From: Alphaproteobacteria bacterium
Lineage (GTDB): Bacteria; Pseudomonadota; Alphaproteobacteria; SP197
Reading direction: 5' to 3'
Assembly: GCA_965228895.1 (NCBI GenBank)
Contig: OZ245842.1
Coordinates: 2,144,001 to 2,208,000, forward strand
Length of the DNA stretch: 64,000 bases
The position numbers and the translations under genes were made by a program. How positions within the stretch are numbered: position 1 is the stretch's first letter; every line of letters begins with the position of its first letter. Shown piece after piece: positions 8,175 to 19,318 of this stretch. Below the pieces are notes generated by a model, which was not told where the DNA came from, ran no database searches, and saw only the letters and a program-made list of their open reading frames with translations.

Positions 8175-8911
8175 TGGCCGGCCTCCAGATAGGCGGCGCG
8201 TACTTCAGGTTTGGCCAAAAGTTCAGCGCCGGTTCCGGTCATGGTAATCGTGCCGTTGACCATCACATAACCGCGATGCGCCAGCTTGAGCGCGTGGAAT
8301 GCGTTCTGCTCGACCAACAGAATCGTCATGGCGTCGCGCTCGTTGATCTCACGAATGGCGTCGAAGATCTGACGCACCAGGATCGGCGCGATGCCTAGCG
8401 ACGGTTCGTCGAGCAACAGGACGCGCGGCCGGCTCATCAGCGCCCGGCCGATCGCCAGCATCTGCTGTTCGCCGCCCGACAAGGTGCCGCCGCGCTGGCC
8501 GAGCCGTTCCTTCAGACGCGGAAACAGGGTGAAGACCCGTTCGAGATCCTCGTCAAAGTGATGGGGGTCTGTCGTGATGGCGCCCATCTGCAGGTTTTCC
8601 ATCACGGTCATACGCGCAAAGATGCGCCGGCCTTCCGGCGACTGGGCGATGCCCATGCGAATGATCTCGAACGTCGGCGTGTGTGTGATTTGTTTGCCAT
8701 CGAAAACGATGTCGCCGACGGCAGCACGCGGATTGCCGCAGATGGTCATGAGCAGCGTCGATTTGCCGGCGCCGTTCGCGCCGATCAACGTGACGATCTC
8801 GCCGTTGCCGACGGTCATATCGACACCGCGTAGCGCCTGGATGTTGCCGTAGAACGTCTCGACGCCGGAGATCTCCAGCAAGGGCTGCATGGCTGCATCG
8901 GCCGCGCTCAT
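8171..8911 (-). CDS. livF: BCAA ABC transporter ATP-binding protein
   Basis: GANGAGKST, PEGRRIF, LSGGEQQMLAIGRAL, LDEPSLG. Confidence 0.95.
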   Translation of the reverse strand: MSAADAAMQPLLEISGVETFYGNIQALRGVDMTVGNGEIVTLIGANGAGKSTLLMTICGNPRAAVGDIVFDGKQITHTPTFEIIRMGIAQSPEGRRIFARMTVMENLQMGAITTDPHHFDEDLERVFTLFPRLKERLGQRGGTLSGGEQQMLAIGRALMSRPRVLLLDEPSLGIAPILVRQIFDAIREINERDAMTILLVEQNAFHALKLAHRGYVMVNGTITMTGTGAELLAKPEVRAAYLEAGQ

Positions 8912-9777
8912 GAATGCGCTCCGTCACCGTCCAGGCCCAGGTCGGCGGCAACCTCGGGCGGAATCTCTTCATCTTCTTCTTCGCCCAGATAGGCGCGGAT
9001 GACGGCGGGATCGTTGCGCACGTGTTCCGGTGTGCCGTCGGAGATCTTGCGGCCGTAGTCGAGCACGATGATGTGGTCGGAGATGCCCATGACCACACGC
9101 ATGTCGTGCTCGATCAGAAGAATGCCGATCTTGTGTTCGTTGCGAATGAACAGCAGCAAGTCGTTCAGGTCGGCTGTCTCGCGCGGGTTGAGACCTGCCG
9201 CCGGCTCGTCGAGGCACAGCAGCACCGGATCGGTGCACATGGCACGCGCGATCTCCAAACGACGCTGATCGCCATAGGGCAGGCCGCCGGCATTGATGTC
9301 GGCGCGATCGGTCAGGCCAACCTGATCGAGCCAATAGCGCGCCAGCTCGACGGCATGCTGTTCGGCATGACGGAACACGCCCAATCCCAGCAGCCCGGCG
9401 AGGGTATAGCCGGAGGCGCGCATCAGCTTGTTGTGCTGGGCGACCATCAGGTTTTCCAGCACCGACATGGCCGGGAACAATCGGATGTTCTGGAAGGTGC
9501 GGGCGACATGGGCATGCTGGGCGATACGGAAATCGTCCATCTGCTCCAGCAAATAGGTGCCGTGCTCAGCGTCGAGACGAAGCTGACCGACGGTCGGCGA
9601 ATAGAACCCGGTCATGCAGTTGAAGACCGTCGTCTTGCCGGCGCCGTTGGGTCCGATGATCGCCGTGATGCGTTCGTCATCGGCGACAAACGAAACGTCA
9701 TCGATGGCGACCAGGCCGCCGAACCGCATGGTCAGGTGGTCGACGGTCAGAAGCGCCTTTGTCGCCCCGACGTTCAC
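8908..9777 (-). CDS. livG: BCAA ABC transporter ATP-binding protein
   Basis: [45 protein letters not shown]. Confidence 0.95.
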   Translation of the reverse strand: MNVGATKALLTVDHLTMRFGGLVAIDDVSFVADDERITAIIGPNGAGKTTVFNCMTGFYSPTVGQLRLDAEHGTYLLEQMDDFRIAQHAHVARTFQNIRLFPAMSVLENLMVAQHNKLMRASGYTLAGLLGLGVFRHAEQHAVELARYWLDQVGLTDRADINAGGLPYGDQRRLEIARAMCTDPVLLCLDEPAAGLNPRETADLNDLLLFIRNEHKIGILLIEHDMRVVMGISDHIIVLDYGRKISDGTPEHVRNDPAVIRAYLGEEEDEEIPPEVAADLGLDGDGAHS

Positions 9778-11105
9778 GGCGACGCCTCGTCACGTCTGCG
9801 CCGTCGCTTTCTTAGACGCACGGTCGGTTCGCGGTGCGCCAGCAATCCACGCGGACGCCATACCATGATGGCGACCATGGCCGCGCCGAAAGCGAGCATG
9901 CGGTATTCCTCGAGCTCCCTGAAGACCTCGGTGCCGCCGATCAGCAAGACGGCGGCGATGACGACGCCGATCTGGCTGCCCATGCCGCCGAGCACGACAA
10001 TCGCAAGGATCACCGCGGACTCGATAAAGGTGAAACTCTCGGGGCTGATGAAGCCTTGGCGCGTGGCGAAGAACGACCCCGCAAAACCGCCGAACATGGC
10101 GCCAATGGCAAACGCCGTGAGTTTCGTGTTGGTCGGATTGATGCCGAGCGAGCGACAAGCGATCTCGTCTTCGCGCAGCGCTTCCCACGCGCGCCCGATC
10201 GGTAATCTTCGGATACGCAAGGTGAAGGCGTTGGTGATGAGCGCGAGAACCAGGATCAGGTAGTAGAGAAAGATGATGCGGTGCATCGACGAATAGTCGA
10301 TGCCGAAAAACGTATGGAAGGAGTCTGTCCCTTCGGCCGGGCTTCGATCGAACGGCAAACCGAAAAAGCTGGGCCGTGGAATGCCTGAAATGCCGTCCGG
10401 GCCGTTGGTCACGGGATACCAGTTGAGCAGAATGATGCGGATGATTTCGCCGAAACCCAACGTCACGATCGCCAGATAGTCGCCTCTTAGTCTGAGGACT
10501 GGGAACCCGAGCAGGACGCCGAAGAAGGCCGCAAAGGCACCGGCTAGCGGCAGGCAAACCCAGAAAGACCAATCATACGTGGTCGCTATCAGGGCATAGG
10601 AATAGGCGCCGACCGCGTAAAAGGCGACATAGCCCAGGTCAAGCAGGCCGGCGAGCCCGACCACGATGTTCAGTCCCCAGCCCAGCATGATGTAGGTCAC
10701 GACCAAAGTCGCGATATCGACGTGATAGCGCCCGACATCGGGCATGAACGGCATGCCGATCGCAAGAATCAGAAACACCGCCATGACGTATTTGCCGTAG
10801 TCGGCGTTGAAGTGGGCGATGTGTTCGCCGAAGTCGACCTTTTCGCGTCGCTGCGGAGAGCGCACCTGCAGGTAGATGTTGAGCCCGAAGCGTCCGACCA
10901 TGACGGCGCCGACGGCGAAGGCGACCCAACCCCATCGTGTGTCGAGGCCCAGGCCGCCCGACTGATCGACGGTGCGCAGGCCGACCATCACCACGGTCAG
11001 GCCAAGGGCTACGAGACCGGCGAGGCCGGCCTCTTTGGCGGCACGAACATAATCAACGTCGGGCCGTTGCGAACCGGCGCTGGGTGTGCTTTCGGTGACG
11101 GCCAT
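9774..11105 (-). CDS. livM: BCAA ABC transporter permease
   Basis: [49 protein letters not shown]; start moved to ATG 11105. Confidence 0.95.
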   Translation of the reverse strand: MAVTESTPSAGSQRPDVDYVRAAKEAGLAGLVALGLTVVMVGLRTVDQSGGLGLDTRWGWVAFAVGAVMVGRFGLNIYLQVRSPQRREKVDFGEHIAHFNADYGKYVMAVFLILAIGMPFMPDVGRYHVDIATLVVTYIMLGWGLNIVVGLAGLLDLGYVAFYAVGAYSYALIATTYDWSFWVCLPLAGAFAAFFGVLLGFPVLRLRGDYLAIVTLGFGEIIRIILLNWYPVTNGPDGISGIPRPSFFGLPFDRSPAEGTDSFHTFFGIDYSSMHRIIFLYYLILVLALITNAFTLRIRRLPIGRAWEALREDEIACRSLGINPTNTKLTAFAIGAMFGGFAGSFFATRQGFISPESFTFIESAVILAIVVLGGMGSQIGVVIAAVLLIGGTEVFRELEEYRMLAFGAAMVAIMVWRPRGLLAHREPTVRLRKRRRRRDEASP

Positions 11106-11109
11106 TGCC

Positions 11110-12039
11110 CTAGACCTTCTCAATCTCAGGCTTGCCGAGCAATCCTGTCGGCCGGAAGATCAGCACCAGGATGAGCACGGCGAACGCCGCGACATCTTTG
11201 TATTCGATCGAGAAATAGGCCGACCAGAAGACCTCGATCAGACCAATCAGGAGCCCGCCCAGCATGGCGCCGGGCAGGGAGCCGATGCCGCCCAGGACGG
11301 CGGCGGTGAAGGCCTTAATCCCGGCCAGGAAACCGATATAGAAGTCGATGACACCGTAGTAGAGCATGAACATGAGCCCGGCGACGGCGGCCAGTGCGGC
11401 ACCCATCACAAACGTCAGCGAAATCGTCCGGTCGACGTTGATGCCGACAAGGCCGGCCATCACGCGGTCCTGTTCACACGCCCGCTGGGCTCGGCCCAGA
11501 GCGGTGCGCGCTATCAACAGCGAGAAGGCGATCATCAGTGCGATCGTGATGGCGATGATCAGCATCTGCATGAAGCTCAGCGACACCGAATAGCCGCTGT
11601 CTTCCATCATGTTGACGCCACCGCGGATGACCGGCTGGAGCGGTTTCACCCGAGCGCCTTGAATGAGCTGCACATAGTTTTGCAAGAAGATCGACATGCC
11701 GATGGCGGAGATCAGTGGCGCCAGGCGGAACGATCCGCGCAGCGGTCGATAGGCCAGGCGCTCGACCGTCCAGCCGTAGACGGACGTCAAGACCATGGCG
11801 ATGACCAGCACCAGCAGCAGAGCAAGCGGTATCCAAGTGATGCCGATGACGCCCATGACCAGAAAGGCGATGAGCGCGGTGAACGCGCCGATCATGAAGA
11901 CATCGCCGTGGGCGAAATTGATCATGCCGATGATGCCGTAGACCATCGTGTAACCGATAGCGATCAGGCCGTAGATCGCGCCCAGTGTCAGACCGTTGAT
12001 GAGCTGCTGCGAAAAAACAGCTACATCGAAGTATTCCAT
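11110..12039 (-). CDS. livH: BCAA ABC transporter permease
   Basis: [41 protein letters not shown]; start moved to ATG 12039. Confidence 0.95.
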   Translation of the reverse strand: MEYFDVAVFSQQLINGLTLGAIYGLIAIGYTMVYGIIGMINFAHGDVFMIGAFTALIAFLVMGVIGITWIPLALLLVLVIAMVLTSVYGWTVERLAYRPLRGSFRLAPLISAIGMSIFLQNYVQLIQGARVKPLQPVIRGGVNMMEDSGYSVSLSFMQMLIIAITIALMIAFSLLIARTALGRAQRACEQDRVMAGLVGINVDRTISLTFVMGAALAAVAGLMFMLYYGVIDFYIGFLAGIKAFTAAVLGGIGSLPGAMLGGLLIGLIEVFWSAYFSIEYKDVAAFAVLILVLIFRPTGLLGKPEIEKV

Positions 12040-12273
12040 GAAAACCCTTGCCCCCGGAACGTCCGCTGTTGCCTCGCCCCACGTCTTGACTGGTTCTTTC
12101 GACCAAGCTTTCGACGCCTTTTCCCAACAGGTACGGAATAGCAATCGGCCCGGCAAGCGAATTCCATGCTCAAATCGGTCAATTCCAGCGACAAATCATG
12201 GCAAACCGGATGGTGCGCCGCACTGGCGCCTTGCCCCACGGTATGGTAGTTCTCCGCGCCTTGAACGCCCGAT

Positions 12274-12735
12274 ATGGGGGGATATGACGTGACGGCTGGG
12301 CGCCTTGTCATTGCTTCGGATCACGCTGGCTTTCCTTTAAAGGAAGTGCTGCGCGATGAGCTCGTGGCCATGGGGCTCCAGGTCGATGACCTGGGCACGC
12401 ACAGCGAGGATTCCGTCGATTATCCCGATTTCGCCGAAGCTTTGGCGACAGCGATCAAAAACGGCAAGGCCGATCGTGGTGTTCTCGTCTGCGGGACGGG
12501 GATTGGCATCGGCATGGCGGCAAACCGGTATCCGTGGATACGGGCCGCGGTTTGTCACGACGTCACCTCGACGCGGCTGGCCCGCGCCCACAACGACGCC
12601 AATGTGGTCGTCATGGGCGCGCGTCTGATCGGCAGCGAGACGGCGAAGGATTGCCTGAAGGTATTTCTGGACACCAATTTTGACGGTGACCGCCACGTTC
12701 GACGGGTTGACAAGCTCGCCAAGCTGCCGGCCTGA
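12274..12735 (+). CDS. rpiB: Ribose-5-phosphate isomerase B
   Basis: ASDHAG, DYPDF, CGTGIG, HNDANV, RHVRRV; the start may be GTG 12289. Confidence 0.95.
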   Translation: MGGYDVTAGRLVIASDHAGFPLKEVLRDELVAMGLQVDDLGTHSEDSVDYPDFAEALATAIKNGKADRGVLVCGTGIGIGMAANRYPWIRAAVCHDVTSTRLARAHNDANVVVMGARLIGSETAKDCLKVFLDTNFDGDRHVRRVDKLAKLPA

Positions 12736-12784
12736 ACCCAACACAAGATAAAACGACGAGAAACCTATTTTGGAGAACACGCCC

Positions 12785-14095
12785 ATGTCCGTCGCGGAAC
12801 AGACCCTTGCGTCGTCGGATTTCTTTACCCGCCGGATCGCCGACAGCGATCCCGAAGTGCTGCGGTCCATCAAAGGCGAGCTGCATCGCCAGCGCGACCA
12901 GATCGAACTGATCGCGTCCGAGAACATCGTCTCGACGGCGGTGTTGGAGGCGCAGGGCACGGTCCTGACCAACAAGTACGCCGAAGGTTATCCGGGCCGG
13001 CGCTACTACGGCGGCTGCGAATACGTCGATGTCGCCGAGCAGCTTGCCATCGACCGGGCCAAGCAGCTCTTTGGCTGCAACTTCGCCAACGTACAGCCTC
13101 ATTCCGGCGCCCAGGCGAACGGTGCGGTCTTCCTGGCGCTGCTTCAACCCGGCGACACGATCCTCGGCATGTCGCTCGCCCATGGCGGTCATCTGACCCA
13201 TGGCGCGGCGCCCAGCCTGTCAGGCAAGTGGTTCAACGCGGTCGGTTACGGTGTGCGCGAAGAAGACGCGCTGATCGACTATGACGCCATGGCGAAGCTG
13301 GCGGAGGAGCACAAGCCCAAGCTGATTATCGCCGGCGGTTCGGCCTATCCGCGCATCATCGATTTCCCGCGCATGCGCGAGATCGCCGATTCTGTCGGCG
13401 CTTACCTGATGGTCGACATGGCGCACTTCGCCGGTCTTGTCGCGACAGGCGTCCATCCGACGCCGCTGCCGCACGCCCATGTGGTGACCACGACGACCCA
13501 TAAGACCCTGCGCGGCCCCCGCGGCGGCATGATCCTCACCAACGACGAAGCGATCGGCAAGAAGGTCAATTCGGCCGTGTTCCCTGGTCTGCAGGGCGGC
13601 CCTTTGATGCATGTGATCGCGGCCAAGGCGGTCGCCTTTGGCGAGGCGCTCAGGCCCGACTTCAAGGCCTATAGCCAGTCGGTCGTCGACAACGCCAAGA
13701 CCCTGGCCGGCGCCATGGTTGATGGCGGTCTGGCGGTCGTTTCCGGCGGCACCGATACGCATCTGATGCTGGTCGACCTCAGGCCCAAGGGGCTGACCGG
13801 CAATATCGCCGAACGCAGCCTGGAAAACGCCGGCATCACCTGCAACAAGAATGCGATCCCGTTCGATCCGGAAAAGCCGATGGTGACATCGGGCATCCGG
13901 CTGGGCACGCCGGCCGGCACGACGCGCGGTTTCGGTACCGCCGAATTCCTGCAGGTCGGTCATCTGATCGTCGAGGTGCTGGACGGTCTGGTCGCCAATC
14001 CCGACGACAACAGCGCGGCGGAAAAAGCGGTCGAGGCCAAGGTGGCCGAGCTGTGCCGGCGTTTCCCGGTCTATCAGGACATGAACGTAGGATAA
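12785..14095 (+). CDS. glyA: Serine hydroxymethyltransferase
   Basis: [29 protein letters not shown] (PLP lysine); RBS GGAGA before ATG 12785. Confidence 0.98.
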   Translation: MSVAEQTLASSDFFTRRIADSDPEVLRSIKGELHRQRDQIELIASENIVSTAVLEAQGTVLTNKYAEGYPGRRYYGGCEYVDVAEQLAIDRAKQLFGCNFANVQPHSGAQANGAVFLALLQPGDTILGMSLAHGGHLTHGAAPSLSGKWFNAVGYGVREEDALIDYDAMAKLAEEHKPKLIIAGGSAYPRIIDFPRMREIADSVGAYLMVDMAHFAGLVATGVHPTPLPHAHVVTTTTHKTLRGPRGGMILTNDEAIGKKVNSAVFPGLQGGPLMHVIAAKAVAFGEALRPDFKAYSQSVVDNAKTLAGAMVDGGLAVVSGGTDTHLMLVDLRPKGLTGNIAERSLENAGITCNKNAIPFDPEKPMVTSGIRLGTPAGTTRGFGTAEFLQVGHLIVEVLDGLVANPDDNSAAEKAVEAKVAELCRRFPVYQDMNVG

Positions 14096-14104
14096 GCCCG
14101 AACC

Positions 14105-14572
14105 ATGCGCTGCCCCTTCTGCGGACACGACGACACCCAGGTTAAGGATTCCAGGCCGACCGAAGACGGCGCCACCATCAGGCGGCGTCGTCAGTGTCTG
14201 GAATGCGGCGCTCGGTTCACGACCTTTGAGCGGATCCAACTGCGCGAGCTGACCGTCGTCAAAAAGAGCGGCAGCCGCGCGCCGTTCGACCGTGACAAGC
14301 TGGCGCGATCGATCGAGATCGCGGTACGCAAGCGCCCGGTCGATCCCGAGCGGGTCGAGCGCATGGTGTCCGGCATCCAGCGGCGCCTGGAGAGCATGGG
14401 TGAGACGGAGATCCCGTCGACCGTGATCGGCGAGATGGTGATGGAAGCCCTGCGCAATCTCGATCAGGTCGCCTATGTCCGCTTTGCGTCGGTCTACCGC
14501 AACTTCCGCGAAGCGAAGGATTTTGAGCAGTTCATCGAACAAATCGACGGCGCCGGCTTCGTCGACGATTAA
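14105..14572 (+). CDS. nrdR: Transcriptional repressor NrdR
   Basis: MRCPFC, RRRQC..C..RFTTFE, ATP-cone, [10 protein letters not shown]. Confidence 0.98.
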   Translation: MRCPFCGHDDTQVKDSRPTEDGATIRRRRQCLECGARFTTFERIQLRELTVVKKSGSRAPFDRDKLARSIEIAVRKRPVDPERVERMVSGIQRRLESMGETEIPSTVIGEMVMEALRNLDQVAYVRFASVYRNFREAKDFEQFIEQIDGAGFVDD

Positions 14573-14591
14573 GCACGACGACCGCGCCCAT

Positions 14592-15689
14592 ATGGCGGCG
14601 GCTTTAGGACTCGCTGCGCGCGGCCTTGGCCGTGTCTGGCCGAATCCGGCGGTCGGCTGTGTCATCGTCAACCAGGACCGTGTCGTCGGGCGTGGCTGGA
14701 CCCAACCCGGCGGCAGACCGCACGCCGAGACCGAAGCGCTGGGCCGGGCAGGCGAGGCGGCGCGGGGCGCGACCGCCTATGTCACGTTCGAACCGTGCGC
14801 CCATCATGGACAGACGCCGCCCTGTGCCGAAGCGCTCGTGGCCGCTGGCGTTGCGCGCGTCGTCATCGCCTGTCCCGATCCCGACCTCCGTGTCTCGGGC
14901 GAGGGTGTCGCGATCTTGAAGACCGCCGGCATCGAAGTCGTGGAAGACGTGATGCGCGAGAAGGCCGAGGCCCTGAACCAGGGTTTCCTGACGCGCTTGT
15001 CCGCCGATCGACCGATGGTGACGTTGAAGATCGCGGCGAGCATCGACGGACGGGTCGCCACCGCGAGCGGCCATAGTCGCTGGATCACCAGCGAGCCGGC
15101 CCGCCGCCTGGGCCACTTGCTGCGCGCCAAGCACGACGCCATCACCGTCGGCTCGGGTACCGTGCAAGCCGACAACCCGCTTCTGACCTGCCGCCTGCAC
15201 GGGCTGGAAGCCGCGTCGCCGGTGCGTGTTGTCTTCGACGGTCAACTGTCGACACCGCCTGCCAGCCACCTGGTCACGACCGCCGATGAGGTTTTGACGT
15301 GGCTGGTGACGACCAGCGCGGCGCCGAAGGCCAACCGCAAGGCGTTGGCCGACACCGATGTCGAGATCCTGGATGTCGCCGGTCACCGCGGTGGATCGAT
15401 CGATATGACCGACGCCCTGGAGGTTCTGGCCGCGCGCGGTTTGACCCGTATGCTGGTTGAGGGCGGGCCACGCCTGGCGACGGTGTTTCTGAAGGCCGGC
15501 CTGGCGGACCGCGTCGCCTGGTTCAGTGCGCCGATTGCGCTGGGCGGTGATGCCATGCCGGCCTTGAGCGATCTTGGTCTGGACCGCGTCGACGATGCCA
15601 TACGCCTGGTGCCCGATGAAACCATGGCTATTGGTGACGATATGCTTCGTATGGCCCATGTGCTGCACGCAGAAACCGGAGAGCAATAG
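14592..15689 (+). CDS. ribD: Bifunctional riboflavin deaminase/reductase
   Basis: PNPAVGC, HAE, EPCAHHGQTPPC, SIDG, VEGG; start uncertain (see findings). Confidence 0.95.
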   Translation: MAAALGLAARGLGRVWPNPAVGCVIVNQDRVVGRGWTQPGGRPHAETEALGRAGEAARGATAYVTFEPCAHHGQTPPCAEALVAAGVARVVIACPDPDLRVSGEGVAILKTAGIEVVEDVMREKAEALNQGFLTRLSADRPMVTLKIAASIDGRVATASGHSRWITSEPARRLGHLLRAKHDAITVGSGTVQADNPLLTCRLHGLEAASPVRVVFDGQLSTPPASHLVTTADEVLTWLVTTSAAPKANRKALADTDVEILDVAGHRGGSIDMTDALEVLAARGLTRMLVEGGPRLATVFLKAGLADRVAWFSAPIALGGDAMPALSDLGLDRVDDAIRLVPDETMAIGDDMLRMAHVLHAETGEQ

Positions 15690-16301
15690 ATGTTCACAGG
15701 GATCGTCACCGATGTCGGCTCGGTTGAGGTTGTCGAGGCGCGTGGCGACAAGCGTTTCGTGATCAAGACGGCCTATGACATGGACGAGGTCGATATTGGC
15801 GCTTCGATCGCGTGTTCCGGTGTTTGCCTGACGGTCGTCGAGAAGGACAAGCACACCTTCGCCGTCGACGTCTCCGCCGAAAGCCTGTCCCGCTCGGTGC
15901 TCGGCGATTGGGTCGAGGGCTCCAAGGTCAACCTGGAACGCTCGCTCAAGCTGGGCGACGAGATGGGCGGTCATATCGTCTCCGGCCATGTCGACGGGAT
16001 CGGCCGGATCGCGGCGATGACGCCGGAGGGGGATTCCGTCCGCTACGATTTCGCCGTACCCGACAACCTCGCGCGGTTCATTGCCGAGAAGGGCTCAATC
16101 GCGGTCGACGGCGTATCGCTGACGGTCAACAAGGTCTGGGTCGAGGGCGGCGAGCACCGTTTCGGCGTCAACATCATTCCGCACACCCAGTCGGTGACAA
16201 CCTTTGGCGCCTACAAGGTCGGCGACCGGGTGAACCTGGAGATCGATATGCTGGCGCGCTACGTCGCGCGGCTGGCGGAGGTGACGTCCGCACCAGGCTA
16301 A
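15690..16301 (+). CDS. ribE: Riboflavin synthase (alpha chain)
   Basis: MFTGIV, GVCLTV, GGHIVSGHVD, KGSIAVDGVSLT, VNLEID. Confidence 0.97.
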   Translation: MFTGIVTDVGSVEVVEARGDKRFVIKTAYDMDEVDIGASIACSGVCLTVVEKDKHTFAVDVSAESLSRSVLGDWVEGSKVNLERSLKLGDEMGGHIVSGHVDGIGRIAAMTPEGDSVRYDFAVPDNLARFIAEKGSIAVDGVSLTVNKVWVEGGEHRFGVNIIPHTQSVTTFGAYKVGDRVNLEIDMLARYVARLAEVTSAPG

Positions 16302-16309
16302 CCCGTTCG

Positions 16310-17230
16310 TTAGCGCAAGGCCGCGATCGCCTGTCGGACGAAGTCCGCGTGGTGCTCTTGCATCTCCCGCAGTTCGTCCGGCTGCAAACCCCATGTTCCA
16401 AGCTTTGAACAAGGTCGCAGCGCGGCGTAGAGGTCCCAAAGCGGCAGGGCGTTGAAATCGCTTCCGGACTTTTGTTGATAGCAGGCGGAAAACGTCTCCA
16501 TGGCATTGACGCCGTGTTGCCACAGAATTTCAAGGCGCGCGTTCGCAACGTCGGCGAGCGGATCGCCGGCCCCGGCATCCTCCCAATCGATCACGGCGGC
16601 CAGTTTGCCGCCGCGCCACAGCACGTTGCGCGGCCAGTAGTCGCCATGCAGCACCGAGCGCTCTTGTTCACGCTTCGGCGGCCACGATGCCAAGAGCGCC
16701 TCGCGGATCAGACCTTCGGAGAGGCTGCCGTCAAGCCGTTCAGGCGGGTTCACCAGCGCGGTGGCGACCGTGCGCTGTGGGTCAGGCAGGAACGAAAGGG
16801 CAGGATCATTCCCGTCGAGACGGTGGAGGTCGGCGAGGAAGACCGCCATCTGCGCCAAGCTGTCGTTCAGGTTGCCGGCCTCGATGGTGTCGGTGCCGTC
16901 GACAAACGCGATGACGATGCACGGCGAGCCCAGAATCGTGCCGATTTCGTCGACATAATAGGGCTCAGGCACCGCCAGTCCGGAAGCATAGAGGCATGTC
17001 AGCAAACGATATTCGTCACCGGCTACGTTTGGATTGGCGTCGAGGTCACGAGAGCCGTGGCGTCGGACGACCAGTTCTTCGATACGGCCATCCGGCTGCT
17101 CGATGTCCAGCAGCGTTGTCTCCGCCGAAACCCCGCCTTCGAGAACCCGAACTGCACGCAGACGCGCATCGGGTCGAAGCCGTTTGGCAAGGGCTTCGAA
17201 ACCGGCGGCGTTGCTTGACGACGTGGGCAT
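16310..17230 (-). CDS. Aminoglycoside phosphotransferase (APH)/choline-kinase-like family protein
   Basis: Gly loop LEGGVS, Brenner motif HGDYWPRNVL, VIDWEDA, GDPLADVA; start moved to ATG 17230. Confidence 0.88.
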   Translation of the reverse strand: MPTSSSNAAGFEALAKRLRPDARLRAVRVLEGGVSAETTLLDIEQPDGRIEELVVRRHGSRDLDANPNVAGDEYRLLTCLYASGLAVPEPYYVDEIGTILGSPCIVIAFVDGTDTIEAGNLNDSLAQMAVFLADLHRLDGNDPALSFLPDPQRTVATALVNPPERLDGSLSEGLIREALLASWPPKREQERSVLHGDYWPRNVLWRGGKLAAVIDWEDAGAGDPLADVANARLEILWQHGVNAMETFSACYQQKSGSDFNALPLWDLYAALRPCSKLGTWGLQPDELREMQEHHADFVRQAIAALR

Positions 17231-17410
17231 GACGGCAACCTTGTGCGTCGGCGGGTCGGATCTTCTAGAAGGGTGGCGAGGGGCTGTCCATGGGCGATCG
17301 CCACGTGATACTGGCGGTCGGCGCACATTTGTGCGAAGGCAGGGTTTGTTGCGAAACCGGAAACGTTGAACAAAGGGCCCTGATGCTTTGGGGGCCAGGG
17401 AGACACAACG

Positions 17411-17851
17411 ATGGCGACAACGCCGCATATCTTGATCCTCGAAGCACGTTACTACCAGGAAATCACCGACGAACTGGCCGAAGGCGCGATCGCCGAGCTC
17501 GATGCATGGGGCGCAACTTGGGAACGGGTAGAACTGTCAGGCGCTTTTGAGATCCCCGGCGGTTTGCAGATGGCGATCGCGACCGGCAAGTATGACGGCT
17601 ACCTGACGCTGGGCTGTGTGATCCGAGGCGAAACCAGCCACTACGATCACATCTGCAACGAGGTTGCGCGTGGCGTGAACGAGCTTGCTATGAAACATAT
17701 GGCGCCGATCGGTTTTGGCGTGCTGACCGTCGAGAACTGGGACCAGGCCAAGGCGCGCGCCGACGTCAAGGGGCGCAACAAAGGCCGCGAGGCGGCGATT
17801 GCGTGCATCAAGATGGTGGAGTTGAGCCGTACGTTGAAGGTCACCGGATGA
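17411..17851 (+). CDS. ribH: 6,7-dimethyl-8-ribityllumazine synthase
   Basis: GAFEIP, GCVIRGETSHYD, GVLT, NKGREAA; RBS GGGAGA. Confidence 0.97.
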   Translation: MATTPHILILEARYYQEITDELAEGAIAELDAWGATWERVELSGAFEIPGGLQMAIATGKYDGYLTLGCVIRGETSHYDHICNEVARGVNELAMKHMAPIGFGVLTVENWDQAKARADVKGRNKGREAAIACIKMVELSRTLKVTG

Positions 17852-18354
17852 GCCGAACGGCGCGCAAGAAAAACGCCGGCCTGACGACGGCGGCCAGATT
17901 GGCCGCTGTGCAGGCGCTTTATCAGGTTGAGCTCGGCGCTGCCGGGCCGGAGGACGCGCTGGCCACGGTCATCGCGCGCGGTGCCACCCTGGACGAGACG
18001 GGTCTGGCCGCCGAGGCCGATCCGGAAATCGCCTCGATCATCGTGCGCGGCGTGACCGAGGGCGCGACGCAGGAGCGTCTGGATGCGATGATTGACGGCG
18101 CCCTGGCCGACGATTGGTCGCTGGCGCGGTTAGAGGTCTTGATGCGATCCATTCTGCGCGCCGGGGCGTTCGAATTGCTCGATCGGCCGGATGTGCCGGC
18201 CAAGGTCGTGATCAACGAGTACGTCGACGTTGCGAACGCTTTTTTCGACCGGGGCGAACCGGGCATGGTGAACGCGGTCCTCGACAAGCTGGCCCATGGC
18301 CTTAGAGACACTGAGTTCGCTGCGCCCGAGGCGGCGACATCCGGGCGTGGATGA
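17848..18354 (+). CDS. nusB: Transcription antitermination factor NusB
   Basis: ARLAAVQALYQ, W...RL, ILRAGAFEL, VVINEYVDVA, VNAVLD; ATGA overlap with ribH. Confidence 0.96.
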   Translation: MSRTARKKNAGLTTAARLAAVQALYQVELGAAGPEDALATVIARGATLDETGLAAEADPEIASIIVRGVTEGATQERLDAMIDGALADDWSLARLEVLMRSILRAGAFELLDRPDVPAKVVINEYVDVANAFFDRGEPGMVNAVLDKLAHGLRDTEFAAPEAATSGRG

Positions 18355-19318
18355 GTTCGATCTGATCAAACGCCTTTTGGCGCCGCTCGCCGCAGCGACG
18401 CCGGGAACCTTCAATCTTGCAAACGACGCCGCGGTCATCAGCCCGCCTGCTGGTGAAGATCTGGTGATCACCAAGGACATGGCGGCGGCCGGCGTCCATT
18501 TTCTGCCCGATGATCCGCCGGACCTGATCGCCCGCAAGCTGCTGCGGGTCAATCTCTCCGATCTCGCGGCCATGGGGGCGAGCCCGCTCGGTTATCTGGT
18601 CGGCGCCGGTTTCAGCGAACCTTTGGACGAGGGCTGGATTGCCCGGTTCGTCGACGGCTTGAGATCCGATCAGCAGACGTTCGGCATCGGCCTGTTGGGT
18701 GGCGACACGATCACGGTTGGGCGTTCGCCCCTGGTCCTGTCGCTGACCGCTTTGGGCCTCGTGCCGCACGGTCAAGCGCTGACTCGCTCTGGCGCCGCGC
18801 CCGGCGATGTGTTGGCCGTGAGCGGTACGCTGGGCGACGCTGCGTTGGGATTGCGGTGCCTGCGCGATGAGGTATCGGCGGACGCCGATGACCGCGACTA
18901 TCTTGTCGACCGCTATCGATTGCCCAGGCCGCGGTTGGACCTGGGCAATGCGCTTCGTGGCCTGGCAACAGCGGCGCTCGATATCTCTGATGGTCTGGTT
19001 GCCGATGCCAACCATCTAAGCGAGGAATCCAACGTCGCGATCCGGATCGATGCCGGGCGCCTTCCGCTTTCCGTCCCGGCACAACGTTTGGTGGGCCGCG
19101 ATCCCAAGCATCTCGACGATGTGCTGACCGGCGGTGACGACTATGAGCTGCTGTTCACGATCCATGAGGCGTCTCTCGCGGCGCTTCGCCAAACGGACAT
19201 TGCCGTGAGCATCATCGGCTCGGTCGAGGAGGGTTCAGGCGTCCGCGTCAACGATGCCACGGGCAACGACATCACGCCGAAACGCGCGGGATGGCGCCAC
19301 GGTGAATCCGTGTCTTGA
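18347..19318 (+). CDS. thiL: Thiamine-monophosphate kinase
   Basis: EFDLI, GVHF, NLSDLAAMGA, GGDT, DISDGL, GGDDYELL; GTG start at 18347. Confidence 0.96.
   Translation: MDEFDLIKRLLAPLAAATPGTFNLANDAAVISPPAGEDLVITKDMAAAGVHFLPDDPPDLIARKLLRVNLSDLAAMGASPLGYLVGAGFSEPLDEGWIARFVDGLRSDQQTFGIGLLGGDTITVGRSPLVLSLTALGLVPHGQALTRSGAAPGDVLAVSGTLGDAALGLRCLRDEVSADADDRDYLVDRYRLPRPRLDLGNALRGLATAALDISDGLVADANHLSEESNVAIRIDAGRLPLSVPAQRLVGRDPKHLDDVLTGGDDYELLFTIHEASLAALRQTDIAVSIIGSVEEGSGVRVNDATGNDITPKRAGWRHGESVS

Noticed and set aside
16310-17230. Calling the APH-family gene an aminoglycoside resistance gene
   Set aside because: The motifs are shared by the whole kinase-like superfamily; there is no mobile context and no recognisable match to a named APH.
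17231-17410. FMN riboswitch upstream of ribH (or ribD)
   Set aside because: Only small generic hairpins are present; the conserved RFN sequence blocks are not visible.
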